The notes below the pieces were generated by a model that saw nothing but the letters and a program-made list of their open reading frames with translations, was not told the DNA's origin and did not search any database. A program made the translations under genes and the position numbers. Below are positions 39,299 to 52,044 of a stretch of DNA of 64,000 nucleotides, in pieces (position 1 is the first letter of the stretch; the number at the start of each line of letters is the position of its first letter). This stretch comes from Mobula hypostoma (lineage: Eukaryota). The stretch lies in NCBI RefSeq assembly GCF_963921235.1, contig NC_086097.1, positions 40,054,001 to 40,118,000 of the forward strand, read 5' to 3'.

Positions 39299-41438
39299 GA
39301 ATTCTATGCACTCAGTGATTATGTTAGAGACTGAAATAAGGAAGGCCCAGGCAAATAAAGAGTCATTAGTGGTAGTGTTCTTTGACATTGAAAAAGCCTA
39401 TGATATGATGTGGAAGGAAGGATTATTAATTAAACTGCACAAGATGGGGGTTGGTTGGAGAGTTTTTAATTGGATTAAAGATTTTTTGTTTGGTAGAAAA
39501 ATTCAAGTTTGGATTGGATCAGAATTATTAAAACAGTACGTAGTGGAAAATGGCACACCTCAAGGTGGTGTGATTGGCCTGTTACTTTTCATCATTATGA
39601 TCAATGATGTCTTCGCAAAGGTACCAGTGGATATAGGTAGGTTACTGATTGCCGATGATGGGGCCTTGTGGAAAAGAGGCAGGAACATAGACCATATAAT
39701 CAGGAAACTACAAGAAGCAATTGATGAAGTGGTGGAGTGGGGTTATGATTGGGGATGTAGATTTTCAGTAGATAAAACTCAAACTGTATTTTTTACCAGG
39801 AAAAGGGTTGAGGTAGGGAAGAAGTTAAGGATGTATGGGGTTGAATTAGAAAGGGTTGCATCATTTAAATTTCTGGGAGATTCACGATTCACGATTAACA
39901 TGGGCAGACCATATCAGGAAAGTTGAGGGGAAATGTAAAAAAGTAATAAATGTGATGAGATGTTTGACTGGTAGGGAATGGGGAGCAAGTTGTTCAGCTT
40001 TGAAGAGAATGTATGTGGCTTTAGTAAGATCTGTATTGGATTATGGAAATATAGTATATGGATCAGCAGCTAGGTCTCTTATAAGGAAACTGGATGTGAT
40101 TCAGGCTCAGGCCTTGAGAGTGTGCAGTGGGGCTTTTAAAATGTCACCAGTGTCAGCCCTACAGGTAGAAATGGGAATAATGCCTTTGGAACTAAGAAGG
40201 ATGCAACTGATGGCAAACTACTGGGCTAACTTGCAGGGGCACAATGATTCTCACCCTACTAAAGGAGTGTTGCAGGAGTGCTGGGAAATTGGGATGTTTC
40301 AGAGGGATATCTTTAGTCGGGTAGGGAATGATATTGCGAAAGAATGTGGAGTGTTTGATCTGAGGATAAGTCCTTCAGTAGTTTATTCGGTTGTAGCTCC
40401 ATGGAAGCTTGTATGGCCTGACATAGAGGTTTGTTAGAGGTAAAAAGGAAATAAAGATATAAAACAGATTTGGTAAATGCATTTAACTGTCATGTGATGG
40501 AAAAGTATAGTGATTATACTCACATTTATACGGATGGTGCGAAGGAACCTGAAACAGGACTGACAGGGTTTGGGGTGGTAATACCAGCAAAAGAAATTGG
40601 AATCAGCAGAAGAACATCTAATAAGTTAGGGGTGTTTACAGTGGAGATGCTGGCAGTGTTGGTTGCGTTGCAATGGGTGCAGAAAGCCAGACAAGCCAAA
40701 GCATTGATATGTTCAGATTCATCCTCAGTTCTAGCAAGTTTAAGGTCTTTTCACACAAACAGTCGGCAAGATGTACTTTATGAAGTCCTTCAGTTAGTTA
40801 CAAGAATTGCAAATCAGGGAGGTCAGGTAAAATTTCTATGGGTTCCAGCACATGTAGGGGTGAAGGGGAATGAGAGGGTGGATGAGTTGGCAAAGAGGGC
40901 GTTAAAGAAAGAAAATGTGGAAATGCACATTAGTATCAGTAAAGCAGAGGTTAAGTGTGTAATCTGGGAAAAAGTCAACCGAATGTGGCAAGAAAGATGG
41001 GACAGGGAGGGGAAAGGGAGGCATTTATATCAAATACAAAAGAGTGTTGCAGTTACTAGGGTAGGTAATGGAAACAGAAGAGAGGAAATTGTGTGGACTA
41101 GGTTAAGGCTGGGGCATTGTGCATTAAACAAAACATTGAAAATGATAGGGAAACACCAGACAGGATTGTGTGAGGAATGTCAGGAAGCGGAGTCAGTAGA
41201 ACATGTAGTTTTGTGTTGCAGGAAGTATGGGATACAGAGAGAGATGATGAGAAATAAATTAAGGGAGTTGGGGATGCAGGAATTCACATTAAAAGGGTTG
41301 CTGGGCATGGGTGAGAGAGCACAAGTCCGGGTATTTTTAGCGTTTTTAAGGGGTACAGGGGTTTTTTATAGAATATGACGAATAAACAGGAATAGGATAC
41401 TAGGATGGTCAAAGATGGGAGGGTGAAGTGTAGGTTTG

Positions 41439-41488
<50 letters not shown>

Positions 41489-41603
41489 ATTGGGTGAAGG
41501 GATTTAGATTGTATGTCTAGTGCACATTATGGAGCAGAGGGTGGCGGTAATGCACCATTAAGCTGGATGCCGACCGCCGTGAAACAAGATACAGACAGGT
41601 ACC
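39299..41603 (+). mobile_element. Nimb/I-group LINE copy 1, 5'-truncated: RT, RNase H, CCHC finger
   Basis: ORFs 39297..39926 (DIEKAYD, GTPQG, ADDGALW), 39856..40437 and 40470..41378 (YTDGAK, CSDS, WVPAHVGVKGNERVDELAK, CEEC..EH..LCC). Confidence 0.9.
41438..41488. repeat. Compound microsatellite (TA)n(TG)n(CG)n
   Basis: Read directly from the sequence. Confidence 0.95.
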
Positions 41604-41611
41604 TGCAGTAT

Positions 41612-42338
41612 CAGTACATGTAGGGGTGAAGGGGAATGAGAAGGTGGACCAGTTGGCAAAGAGGGTTTTGAGGAAAGAAAATATAGAAATGCACATTAGT
41701 ATCAGTAAAGCAGAGGTTAATTGTGTAATCTGGGAAAAATCAACCAAATGTGGCAAGAAAGGTGGGAGGGGGAGGGGAAAGGGAGGCATTTATATCAAAT
41801 ACAAAAGAGTGTTGCAGTTACTAGGGTAGGTAGTGGAAACAGAAGAGAGGGAACTGTGTGGACTAGGTTAAGGCTGGGGCATTGCGCATTAAACAAAACA
41901 TTGAAAATGATAGGGAAGCACCAGACAGGATTGTGTGAGGAATGTCAGGAACAGGAGTCAGTAGAACATGTAGTTTTGAGTTGCAGGAAGTATGGGATAC
42001 ATAGAGAAATGATGAGAATTAATCTAAGGGAATTGGGGGTGCAGGAATTCACATTAAAAGGGTTGCTGGGCATGGGTGTGAGAGCACAGGTCAGGGTATT
42101 TTTAGCTTTAAGGGGTTCAGGGTTTTTTTATAGGATATAATGGATAAGTGGGAATAGGGTACTAGGATGGCCAAAGATAGGAGGATAAAGTGTAGGTTTA
42201 GGGTATGTGTGTGACTGGGTGAAGGGATTTAGAATGTAAGTCTATTGCATACTCTGGAGCAGAAGGTGGTGGTAATGTACCATTAAGCTGGGTGCCAACA
42301 GCCATAAAACAAGATGGAGAAGAAGGAAAGAACCCTGT
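41612..42338 (+). mobile_element. Nimb/I-group LINE copy 2, short 3' fragment in tandem with copy 1
   Basis: Closely repeats 40846-41590; ORFs 41626..41829 and 41721..42140. Confidence 0.92.
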
Positions 42339-43094
42339 CAGTATTGTGAGCAGTTTTGGGCACCTTATCTAAAAAAAGATGTGGTGGCTTTGGAGAGGGT
42401 CCGGAGGAGGCTCACAAGAATGATTCTGGGAGTGAAAAGGTTAACATATGAATGGCTTTGGGCCAGTAATTGCTGGAGACTAGAAGAATGAGGGGGTGGG
42501 GGTTCTTGTTGAAACCTATTGAATATTGAAAGTCTTAGATAAAGTGGATGTGGAGAGGATGTTTTCTATAATGAAGAAGTCTAGGACCAGAGGACACAGT
42601 CTCACAATACAACAGTGCCACTTTAGATCAGTAATGAGGTGGAATTTCTTTAGCTAGAAGGCGGTGAATCTGTGGAATTCATTGCCACAGACCACTGAGG
42701 ATGCCAAGTCATTGGGCATATTTAAAGCAGAGGTTAATGGATTCTTGATTAGTAAGGGCGTCAAAAGTTATTGGAAGAAGGCAGGAAAATGGGGGTTGAG
42801 AGGAATAGTAAATCAGCCTTGAGAGAAAGGCAGAGCAGATACAATGGGCTGAATGGCGTGATTCTGCTCCTAAGTCTTGGTTTTATGCTCCTATGGTATT
42901 GATTCCACAATCATTGTAACTCGTCTGTTTTCTCTATCCCCATCAAATGGTATGGTTGTACATTGCTGAGAATCTCCACCTTGCAGAATAAGAATTAGAT
43001 ATCTGCGCAACAGAAAAAAATGCTTTAATTTGCACCAATCAATAAATTTTCTGCTGATCTGACTACACAGATCAGCCACAGATTCAAAGCCATT

Positions 43095-43262
43095 TTACAC
43101 GAGGACATGAGAATTTTGCAGATGCTGGAGCAACACACACAAAATATTGCAGGCACTTAGTAAGACCTGATGAAAGGTCTTGAACCAAACCGTTGATTGT
43201 TCATTTCCCTCTATTAATACTGTCTGACCTACTGAGTTCCCCAAGCATCTTGTGTGTGTTGT
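43095..43262. mobile_element. Penelope-derived inverted terminal mini-element
   Basis: GCAGATGCTGGAGCAACACACACAAAAT..CCTGATGAAAGGTC..GCATCTTGTGTGTGTTG; homologous to 48960-49070. Confidence 0.65.
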
Positions 43263-43399
43263 TACTTTTCACACTTATCCAGGTTGATTTGAGACACCCA
43301 GCAGCACCCTCTTCCATCCCTGCACTGGATTCCCACATTGATCATTTTCCCAGCTTTCAGGCTCAGTTTGTGTTGCAGGCTAAATATCTGGCGTGTCCC

Positions 43400-43940
43400 C
43401 ATTGACCCACACCTACTTTTATCAAATCACCATAGAAAGCTTCCTGTCTGGATGCATCTTGGCTTGTTATGAAAACTGCTCTATTCAAGACTGCAGAGAG
43501 TTGTGGACATGGATAAGCACATCATGGGATCCATCCTCCCCTCCTCTGTCTACACTTCTTGTTGCCTGGTAAAACAGGCAATATAATCAAAGACCCCACC
43601 CACCCCAGTCATTCTGTATTCTCCACCCCTCCCTTTGGACAGAATACAAAAAGTCTGAAAACACATACCACCAGGCTGAAGGACAGCTTCCATCCCATTG
43701 CTATAATACCATTGAATGGTGCCTTAGTAAGATAAAATGGACTCTTATATCTAAATAATCATGGTCTATGTGCCTCCACTACACTTTCTCTGTAACCATA
43801 ACACTCTATTCTGCATTCTGTTATTGTTTTCCGTTTTACTACTTCAATGCACTGTTCTAATGAAATGGTCGATATAGATGGCATGCAAAACAAGGATTTT
43901 TTATTGTACATATGATAATAATAAACCATTTTACAATTTA
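43400..43940 (+). mobile_element. Rex1/Babar 3' fragment
   Basis: Similar to 38600-39175. Confidence 0.75.
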
Positions 43941-45770
43941 CTGTTGATAATTCACCAAGGCATGAGCAGGAAAATCAAGGTAATAATCTTTGTAGGCAAT
44001 TCCAAGATGCTCACAGTGCTATAACACTTTACTGAATTTTTCAGGCATAGTAGGTAATAGCATTGTGTTGCATCTACAAAATCATACTACTTTAAACACC
44101 AGTTTTAAACTTAAATCTCCTTATTCTCTTATCTAACTGAGCTGATGTTCTGGAATAAAAATAATATGAAAATGCATCACGTTAGAACTGACCTTACAGG
44201 ACTTTACTTCACGTGCTAATAAAAATATTTTGGATGAAGATTTAGAGGAAGTGTCATGTTCTGTTAAAAAAAGTACTCTTTATTTAATTGCTGCACTCAC
44301 AGTTGCAAAGGAAGGAAGATAAAGCAGAGAATTCTGAAGGAATTAACATCTTGATGAGATGAGGAGAGAGAGAGTTTTAACTTGAAAGTCAATAAATTGT
44401 TTTCAGTTGGGGTCAAATTTATCACTATTCCCCACCTATTTAGTTATATGTCTGATGACCACTTCACAGAATCATATCCCACTGTTGACTAGATTAGAAA
44501 TGCAGAAGGTAGAGCTCTGTGGTAATGTTTGTTTTCATCAACAACAATAGGTTCTGTAAAATAAAATTAAACCACGAATCATTTGGGGTTTAGCCTTGAG
44601 GCTTCATTAGGATTAAAGCCAAATTGTCCTCTTGCTGCTGATTTCACTGCTCAGGATATGGCTATGGCTACTGAGTGATGCAACCAACTTTCCATTGATT
44701 CTAATTAGACTTTTGTGTACATTATGAACTGCCATAGAGTTGGTATGAAATAAATGCCTTAACTCCTGTTTACCAGCTTTTAAACAGTCAGCCTAATATG
44801 AAAAGCATCATCATGTCTCACTCTAGGTGTCATTAGAAGAAATTAGTGTGATTGTTGGATGAAAATCCTCGGCCATTCTCTGTAAAAAGCAATATGAATT
44901 CTAATATTCAGAAAAGTCTTTCTTTACAAATTCCTGGCTTTAATTTCACTAGATATTTGACTAGAAATCTCCAAGGATCTATGTTCCTTAGTCATTGACA
45001 GAGAACAAGTGAAATCAAATGAACTTAATCTGCATAATCATGAAAATGAGTGCTTCTCCCCTTTTGACTGTTAGGCGCCTAAAGTTCAATAGGCAAATTG
45101 GATAAGAAGCAAACCTAGGTGTATACACGCTTAGGTCTGTATAGCCTTATAACAATTGTATGTGGGCAGAGTTCTCTTCACCGACAACTATTTTGGAATT
45201 TACTTTGCTTTAGTCTCTTTGGCCCAGGTTTGTGGTTTGTAGTTTCTTCCAAGCACAAGTCCAAGAGCTCTTACCTGACTCTTGCATGGAACCGCATCGC
45301 AAGTGTCAATTAATCAAGGTCAGTTCGTATGGTTTTTTGAAAGGCAGAGCAGACTTAACAGACTTTGATAGAATTTTCCACCATTAAAATATAATGGGTG
45401 AGATTTATATCGATTTCATCAAGTGCTACTTCACAAGTAAATGGCAAAATAGCCCCAAAAGGAATGATGAGGATTTTGACCAACAAATAAGAAATTGGGT
45501 GAAACTTGCATTTGATATTCTCAGGATATTTCAGAGAGGGTTATAACTGATGTTGCGTTAGAGGTGTAATCATTTTGTTTTCTACACTAATGTGATAGTA
45601 GAACTCCTCAGAGTTTGTTCGCATCAATTAGTCTGCTGCAGCTTTGTTGGCTTGGGACTCATTGGTGACTAGGACAGAAAAAAACAATGGGGTTTTACTT
45701 GAAAAACTATCATTCAATCTTTCATATTCACGTAAATAAAGAAACAGAGAAAAGTTAGGTATGCCTTCTG

Positions 45771-46321
45771 TAGTTGTACCATGGAGAGCATTCTGACAGG
45801 CTGCATCACTGTCTGGTATGGAGAGGCGACTGCACAGGACTGAAAGAAGCTGCAGAAGGTTGTAAATCTAGTCAGCTCCATCTTAGGTACTAGCCTACAT
45901 AGTACCCAGGACATCTTCAGGGAGCGGTATCTCAGAACGTCAGCATCCATTATTAAGGACCTCCAGCACCCAGGGCATGCACTTTTCTCATTGTTACCAT
46001 CAGGTAGGAGATACATAAGCCTGAAGGCACACACTCAGCGATTCAGCAACAGCTTCTTCCCCTCTGCCATCTGATTCTTAAATGGACATTAAAACCGTGA
46101 ACACTACCTCACTTTTTAAAAATATACAATATTTCTGTTTTTGCACATTTTTAAATCTATTCAATATTCGTAATATAATTTATTTATTATTATATTTTAT
46201 TTTATTCATTATTATTATTTTTTTTCTCTGCTAGATTATGTATTGCATTGAACTGCTGCTGCTAAGTTAACAAATTTCACGTCACATACCGGTGATAATA
46301 AACCTGATTCTGATTCTGATT
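45771..46321 (+). mobile_element. Young Rex1/Babar 3' fragment, same family as 31231-32196
   Basis: Closely matches 31655-32196; (CTGATT)3 tail; CTTCTG at both junctions. Confidence 0.9.
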
Positions 46322-46334
46322 CTTCTGAAGTTCT

Positions 46335-47135
46335 TACAATGTGACACGTAGAGCTGCTTCCTCATGGCTTTAGTGATCCCGGTTTAATTTTGGTCTCTTG
46401 TGCCGTCTGTGTGGACTTTGGATGTTCTTCCATGATTGTGCTGGTTTCCCCTGGCTACCTTTATTTTCTTCCACTTCCCAAAGTCATGCAGGTTTGTTTG
46501 TTAATTGGCTAATGCAATTTGCCCCTAGTGTATAGATGAGTGACAGTCCCTTGGGATAGATAATAGAAATGTTCTGAGTTTAAAATAGGATTAAAGGGCA
46601 GCAAGGTAGTGTAGTGGTTAGCACAACGGTTTACCATGCAAGTGAACTGGGTTCAATTCCCCCCACTGCCTGTAAGGAGTTTGTATGTACACACTGTGAC
46701 CATGTAGGTTTCCTCCAGGAGCCCTGGATTCCTCCTGCAGTCCAAAGACAAAGCAATGGATGGTTAAGTGTTCTGTGATTTGGCCCGGACTAAATTGGGG
46801 GTTGCTGGTGTGTCTCAAGTTGCTGGAAGAGCCTACTCCATGCTGTAGGTCAATAAATAAATAGGATTAGTTTAACATTAGTGTAAATCGATGCTGATAG
46901 TGAGTGTGGACATAATGAATTGAAAGGTTCTGAATTGAAAGGTTTGTTTCTGCAATGTATGACTGTATAATTGTGGCAGAGTTGCACAGCAGATAGTGTG
47001 GCTACCTCACACCTCCATAGACCCACGTTTGATCTTGAACTCAGAATTTCTTTGTTATAAAGTGGGTTTCCTCTCACATCCTAACTAAAGTCATGCTAAC
47101 AGTTATACGCTACTGTAAGCTACCCCTTGTGCAGG
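46335..47135 (+). mobile_element. Cluster of HE1-like tRNA SINEs, one nested at ~46596-46862
   Basis: A box TAGTGTAGTGG and B box GGTTCAATTCC at ~46607-46660; repeated GGTTTCC..CCAAAG cores. Confidence 0.7.
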
Positions 47136-48489
47136 TTAATGGAAAAAGAAATTAAAGGGAGTTGATGGTAAGAGGGAGTAAGTTATTGAGGGGGTCAAGG
47201 GTTGAGAAATGGTATTGATCCTTTTGGACAAATGGCTGTTAGGTTACAATAAGTATGTAGCCCCTTGCAGTAGTATTTTGAATTATATGGATAGCTGGCA
47301 TGTTTAAGTTCTGGATGGAGTTTTGTATCTGAAAATCAAAAGTTTTAGACATTTCAAAAGTTGAAGATTCAGCCAGCCTAGATGTCCTCCCTTCATTCCC
47401 TTCTCACTCTTTGACAAGCGGCTCCAAGTTGTTTTTCAGAAAGGAGAGATGTTGCTTAGAATTTTGGCCCATTTGTGCCCATTTTTGCGAAAGGGTTCTG
47501 TACATGTTTGGGCTATTTGTCACCATTTCTTCAGAGGTCTCCTGCATTGGGAAATTAGACTGGACACTTCCTTTCAGGATTTACCTTAGCACAGGTGCTG
47601 TTTCCTGTCATACCTTTCTCTTGTTTACGATCTCATCAAAGTGCACAGTGTCTAATAATAATATTGTGACAGGGACTGGATCAGAAAGCCAAGCCTTAAA
47701 ATCTTTCTTTATAACGCATCAAACATCACAGTGAAAGAAATGTATGATGTGTTATTAAAGTGTCTCCATTGAAACAATATATTTATAATATATAAATCAC
47801 CTCTGTCATGTTAATGGATGAAATAACTCACTGCTGGCAGCCTTGAGCACTGATCAAGCCACAGTACATCTTCAAGTCACAGATGGCTTCAACAGTGAGT
47901 CTCCAGCTGCATTAAACCTCGGGGACTTGAGTTCACCTGTAACAAAGGACTTCAAATGTTTGGCCGTAGACTGTCATAGAAAGAGTTCTTTAATAACATT
48001 GACTCAATTCTTATGAGTTAGCCTAGTTCTGATGTATGATGCAGGTCTGGATTTAGTGCATCTTATAAGGAGAAAATGATGATAATAATTATTTTTCAAG
48101 CAAGAATGCCCCGAATGAGCTTTTTTTCCCTTTCAGTATTGGCTACCGAAAACAGATGCAGTCCAATTTTGAGTTAATTGGATCACTTTCCAGTTTCAGG
48201 GGTCTGTGTAGGCACAGAATATTAAATACAATTATTATTTGGATTGGGAATCAAGGAAGCAATATTAAATTGCTGCTGGCAATAAATTGTGAGCAGGACA
48301 ATGTAAGACTACAAGACAGCATTGGTAGCTTAGAAAAGCAGGCAGTTTGATAAGAAACAGAGCTCAATACAAAGCAAATTGAAGCCATATTTATTTGGTA
48401 AGCAAGAATAAAGAAGGTAATGTACATGAAGTGGAAGACTTGGAAAAAGTTTAAAAGCCTGAGGTGATGTGTGCTCAACAATTCAAAGG

Positions 48490-48925
48490 CTGATAACATA
48501 GTACAGTGCAGTACTTTGGCTCACAATGTTGTGCCAGTCTTTTAATCTATTCCAAGATCAATCTTATGCTTCCCTGCCACATAGCCCCCCATTTTTCTTT
48601 CATCCATGTGTCTACCTAATAGTCTCTTGTCCCTAATGTGTTGCCTCTAACACTTTCCCCAGAGTGCATTCCATGCACTCATAACTCTCTGTGTGAAAAA
48701 CCTACCTCAGACATCCCCCTTCAGTCACCTGGCCTCTTGTATTAGCCATTTCCCCCTTAGCAGAAAGGTGCTAGTTGTCCACTCTGTCTATGCCTCATAT
48801 CTCCTTATCCACCTCTATCATCCTCCTTTGCTCCAAAGAGAAAATCCCTCGCTTGCTCAACCTCCCCTCATGTAACATGCTCTCTAGTCCAGGCAGCATC
48901 CTGGTATATCCCCTTAGCACTCTCA
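48490..48925 (-). mobile_element. CR1 3' fragment
   Basis: Similar to 1860-2330. Confidence 0.75.
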
Positions 48926-48959
48926 CTCAAACTCGGAAATTGAGACCCGATGGTCAAAT

Positions 48960-50088
48960 CCCATGCAATACACATAAAAATTGCTGGTGAACGCAGTAGG
49001 CCAGGCAGCATCTCTTGGAAGAGGTACAGTCGACGTCTTGGGCCGAGACCCTTCGTCAGGACTAACTGAAAGAAGAGATAGTAAGAGATTTGAAAGTGGG
49101 AGGGGGAGGGGGAGATCCGAAATGATAGGAGAAGACAGGAGGGGGAGGGATGGAGCCAAGAGCTGGACAGTTGATTGGCAAAAGGGATATGAGAGGATCA
49201 TGGGACAGGAGGCCTAGGGAGAAAGAAAAGGGGGAGGGGGGAAAAGCCCAGAGGATGGGCAAGGGGTATAGTGAGAGGGACAGAGGGAGAAAAAGGAGAG
49301 AGAGAAAAAGAATGTGTGTATATAAATAAATAACGGATGGGGTACGAAGGGGAGGTGGGGCATTAGCAGAAGTTTGAGAAGTCAATGTTCATGCCATCAG
49401 GTTGGAGGCTACCCGGACGGAATATAAGGTGTTGTTCCTCCAACCTGAGTGTGGCTTCATCTTTACAGTAGAGGAGGCCGTGGATAGACATGTCAGAATG
49501 GGAATGGGACGTGGAATTAAAATGTGTGGCCACTGGGAGATCCTACTTTCTCTGGCGGACAGAGAATAGGTGTTCAGCGAAACGATCTCCCAGTCTGCGT
49601 CGGGTCTCGCTAATGTATAGAAGGGCACATCGGGAGCACCGGACACAGTATATCACCCCAGCCGACTCACAGGTGAAGTGTCGCCTCACCTGGAAAGACT
49701 GTCTGGGGCCCTGAATGGTGGTAAGGGAGGAAGTGTAAGGGCACATGTAGCACTTGTTCCACTTACAAGGATAAGTGCCAGGAGGGAGATTGGTGGGGAG
49801 GGATGGGGAGGGATGGGGAGGGACGAATGGACAAGGGAGTCGCGTAAGGAGCGATCCCTGTGGAAAGCAGAGAGGGGGGGATGGAAAGATGTACTTAGTG
49901 GTGGGATCCTGTTGGAGATGGCGGAAGTTACGGAGAATTATATGTTGAACCCAGAGGCTGGTGGGGTGGTAGGTGAGGACAAGGGGAACCCTATTCCTAG
50001 TGGGGTGGCGGGAGGATGGAGTGAGAGGAGACGTGCGTGAAATGGGGGAGATGCATTTGAGAGCAGAGTTGATGGCGGAGGAAGGGAA
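48960..50088 (-). mobile_element. Penelope-like element, GIY-YIG endonuclease and 3' terminal repeat
   Basis: FTCESAGVIYCVRCSRCALLYISETRRRLGDRFAEH (49543..49746); terminal CTGACGAAGGGTCTCGGCCC. Confidence 0.92.
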
Positions 50089-50330
50089 TTGTCTCAGCTT
50101 GCCCCTGCCCCACCGAACTCATTTCTGCATACCTCGAAATGGTTTTATCCCCCCTTGTTCAATCCCTTCCTACCTATGTTCGTGACACTTCTCACACTCT
50201 GAAACTTTTCGATGATTTAAAATTCCCTAGCCCCCACCGCTTTATTTTCGCCATGGATGTCCAATCCCTATATACTTCCATCCCCCATCAGGAAGGTCTC
50301 AAAGCTCTCTGCTTCTTTTTGGATTTCAGA
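50089..50330 (+). mobile_element. Penelope RT fragment, inverted relative to the adjoining part
   Basis: TYVRDTSH..FAMDVQSLYTSIPHQEGL (50139..50378). Confidence 0.9.
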
Positions 50331-50635
50331 TCAATTTTGAACTCGCTTAAATTTTATACTACCGTTAGTAGATTATGAATATTTTGAACACATAAATGTA
50401 ATAGAACCATTTAGTAAATGGCACAGACAAAAAAACAGGGAATTATTTAGTAAGTAAATTGAAGCCTTATTGAGTTCATGTTAAAATCTCTCCTAACAGT
50501 TGAACTAAGGAGGGCCAATTGCTTTTTCTCATCAGAACTCATTCATTTGTGGCCTAGAGGTTCTTTGTAATTCTAATGAAGTAATTGATAATATTTCTAT
50601 TTCTATTTTGTTTCAGTCTGTGTGTTTTTTTTTAT

Positions 50636-51152
50636 TGTTATGATCAGGATCAACTTGACACTCTCAATTCTCTTGTTTACTTTTGTAATGTGTGGATCTA
50701 TTTCTTTTACAGCAATGATCCCCCACCCCCTCAGCACTATGTATTAGTTTGTTGTCTGCATGTACGCTGTTGTCTATTCATGCGCATTGCTCTCTCGTTC
50801 TCTGCAATGTAGATACGCCAGTTAAAGCCATCTCCCATGTGTGTGCTTTTTAAAAAGTATATACCTTGTATGTAGCTGTGCACTGACACAACAAATTGGC
50901 AACGATTATGAACCTGAACGTCAGAAAATATCACGAACTGCACTGACAGTTACGGCATGATTACGGGATGAAAATGCGAGAGTTAAACAGTACAGGGAAA
51001 TCCGTCACAGGCGCTAGCTAACGTGTGAGTAACAGTGAAAGGTGTGCTGAATTTAAAGTGAAAATAACATGGCGATGGCTTCAGTCAGGCGAGTTGACGA
51101 ATTTGATAGTGTTAATGAGGGTTGGGAGCTGCATATTGAGAGGGTTGAACTG
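50636..51152 (+). mobile_element. Gypsy 5' end of another family: LTR, PBS, gag start
   Basis: LTR ends ..CACAACA at 50893; PBS-like TGGCAACGA follows; gag MAMASVRRVDEFDSVNEGWELHIERVEL from 51069; left LTR edge uncertain. Confidence 0.75.
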
Positions 51153-52044
51153 CAGAACCTGGAGACAACCCACGCACTCCAAGGGGAGAAAGTACAGATT
51201 CCTTACAGAAGCCATCGGAACTGAACTCTGAACTCTGATGACCCAAGCTGTAATAGCGTCATCTGAAAAACATTTTAGGCACTGTAGGCCAGATTAACAT
51301 TGTGTGAAGGAGTTGAGTAGAGCATAATAGACTCAGTGGTGTGTGGGAAAACATTCGTGTAACAACATAAAACCAGAAGAGATAGAAGCAGAAGTTGGCC
51401 ATTTGTTTTTCTTGTGCCTGCCCCAATATTCTTCAAGAACATAGCTGATCTTTTACCATTGCCTGACATTAATATCTAAAAATGTAACTCTTGCGTCTTG
51501 AGTCTCAATGTCACAGTCCTCAGTCTGAAAAACAATTCATTTCATCTCAGATTGGCTGTCCCCTTACTTTGAGACTGTATCCTCTGTTTCTTAGTATCCC
51601 GACTATGGTAAACATCATTGCTGACATCCCCTGTCGAGCCATGCAGGAAGTTAGGTTGTTTCACTGAGATCACCTCTCATTCTATTCAACTCACAGGCCC
51701 TGTAGTTTAATCCTTTTTTTTGTGCTTCTTCACTCTTCTTCTATAGGAATGGATCAGTCTTTTGTATTTCTTCTGTTGCTGAAAAATAACTATATATGTT
51801 TGGATATGGTGGTGTAATAGTGGCTTCCTGTTATATTCTTAAAGGAGAAGGCAGAGTTACTTGAATATCTCTATGCGAAGTCACAATGCCATGGGTTACA
51901 TCAGTATTGCTAGTAGTTTTTATTACTCTGGTGAGATACTTAGTGTAGATACCATAGAACAAGCCCAACCCATACCTTCTTTATTTATTATTACTAGTAG
52001 AACACTGTATATAATCATTAGTATAAAGCTAATCTTCACTGATA

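Larger units (their letters stand above)
39240..42890 (+). mobile_element. Old CR1 3' region split by Nimb insertions (CR1 parts 39240-39298 and 42339-42890)
   Basis: MLRLYKAPVRSYLQY joins CEQFWAPYL across the insertion. Confidence 0.85.

Noticed and set aside
44190..44275. Possible plus-strand exon (DFTSRANKNILDEDLEEV)
   Set aside because: Weak donor and no recognisable protein.
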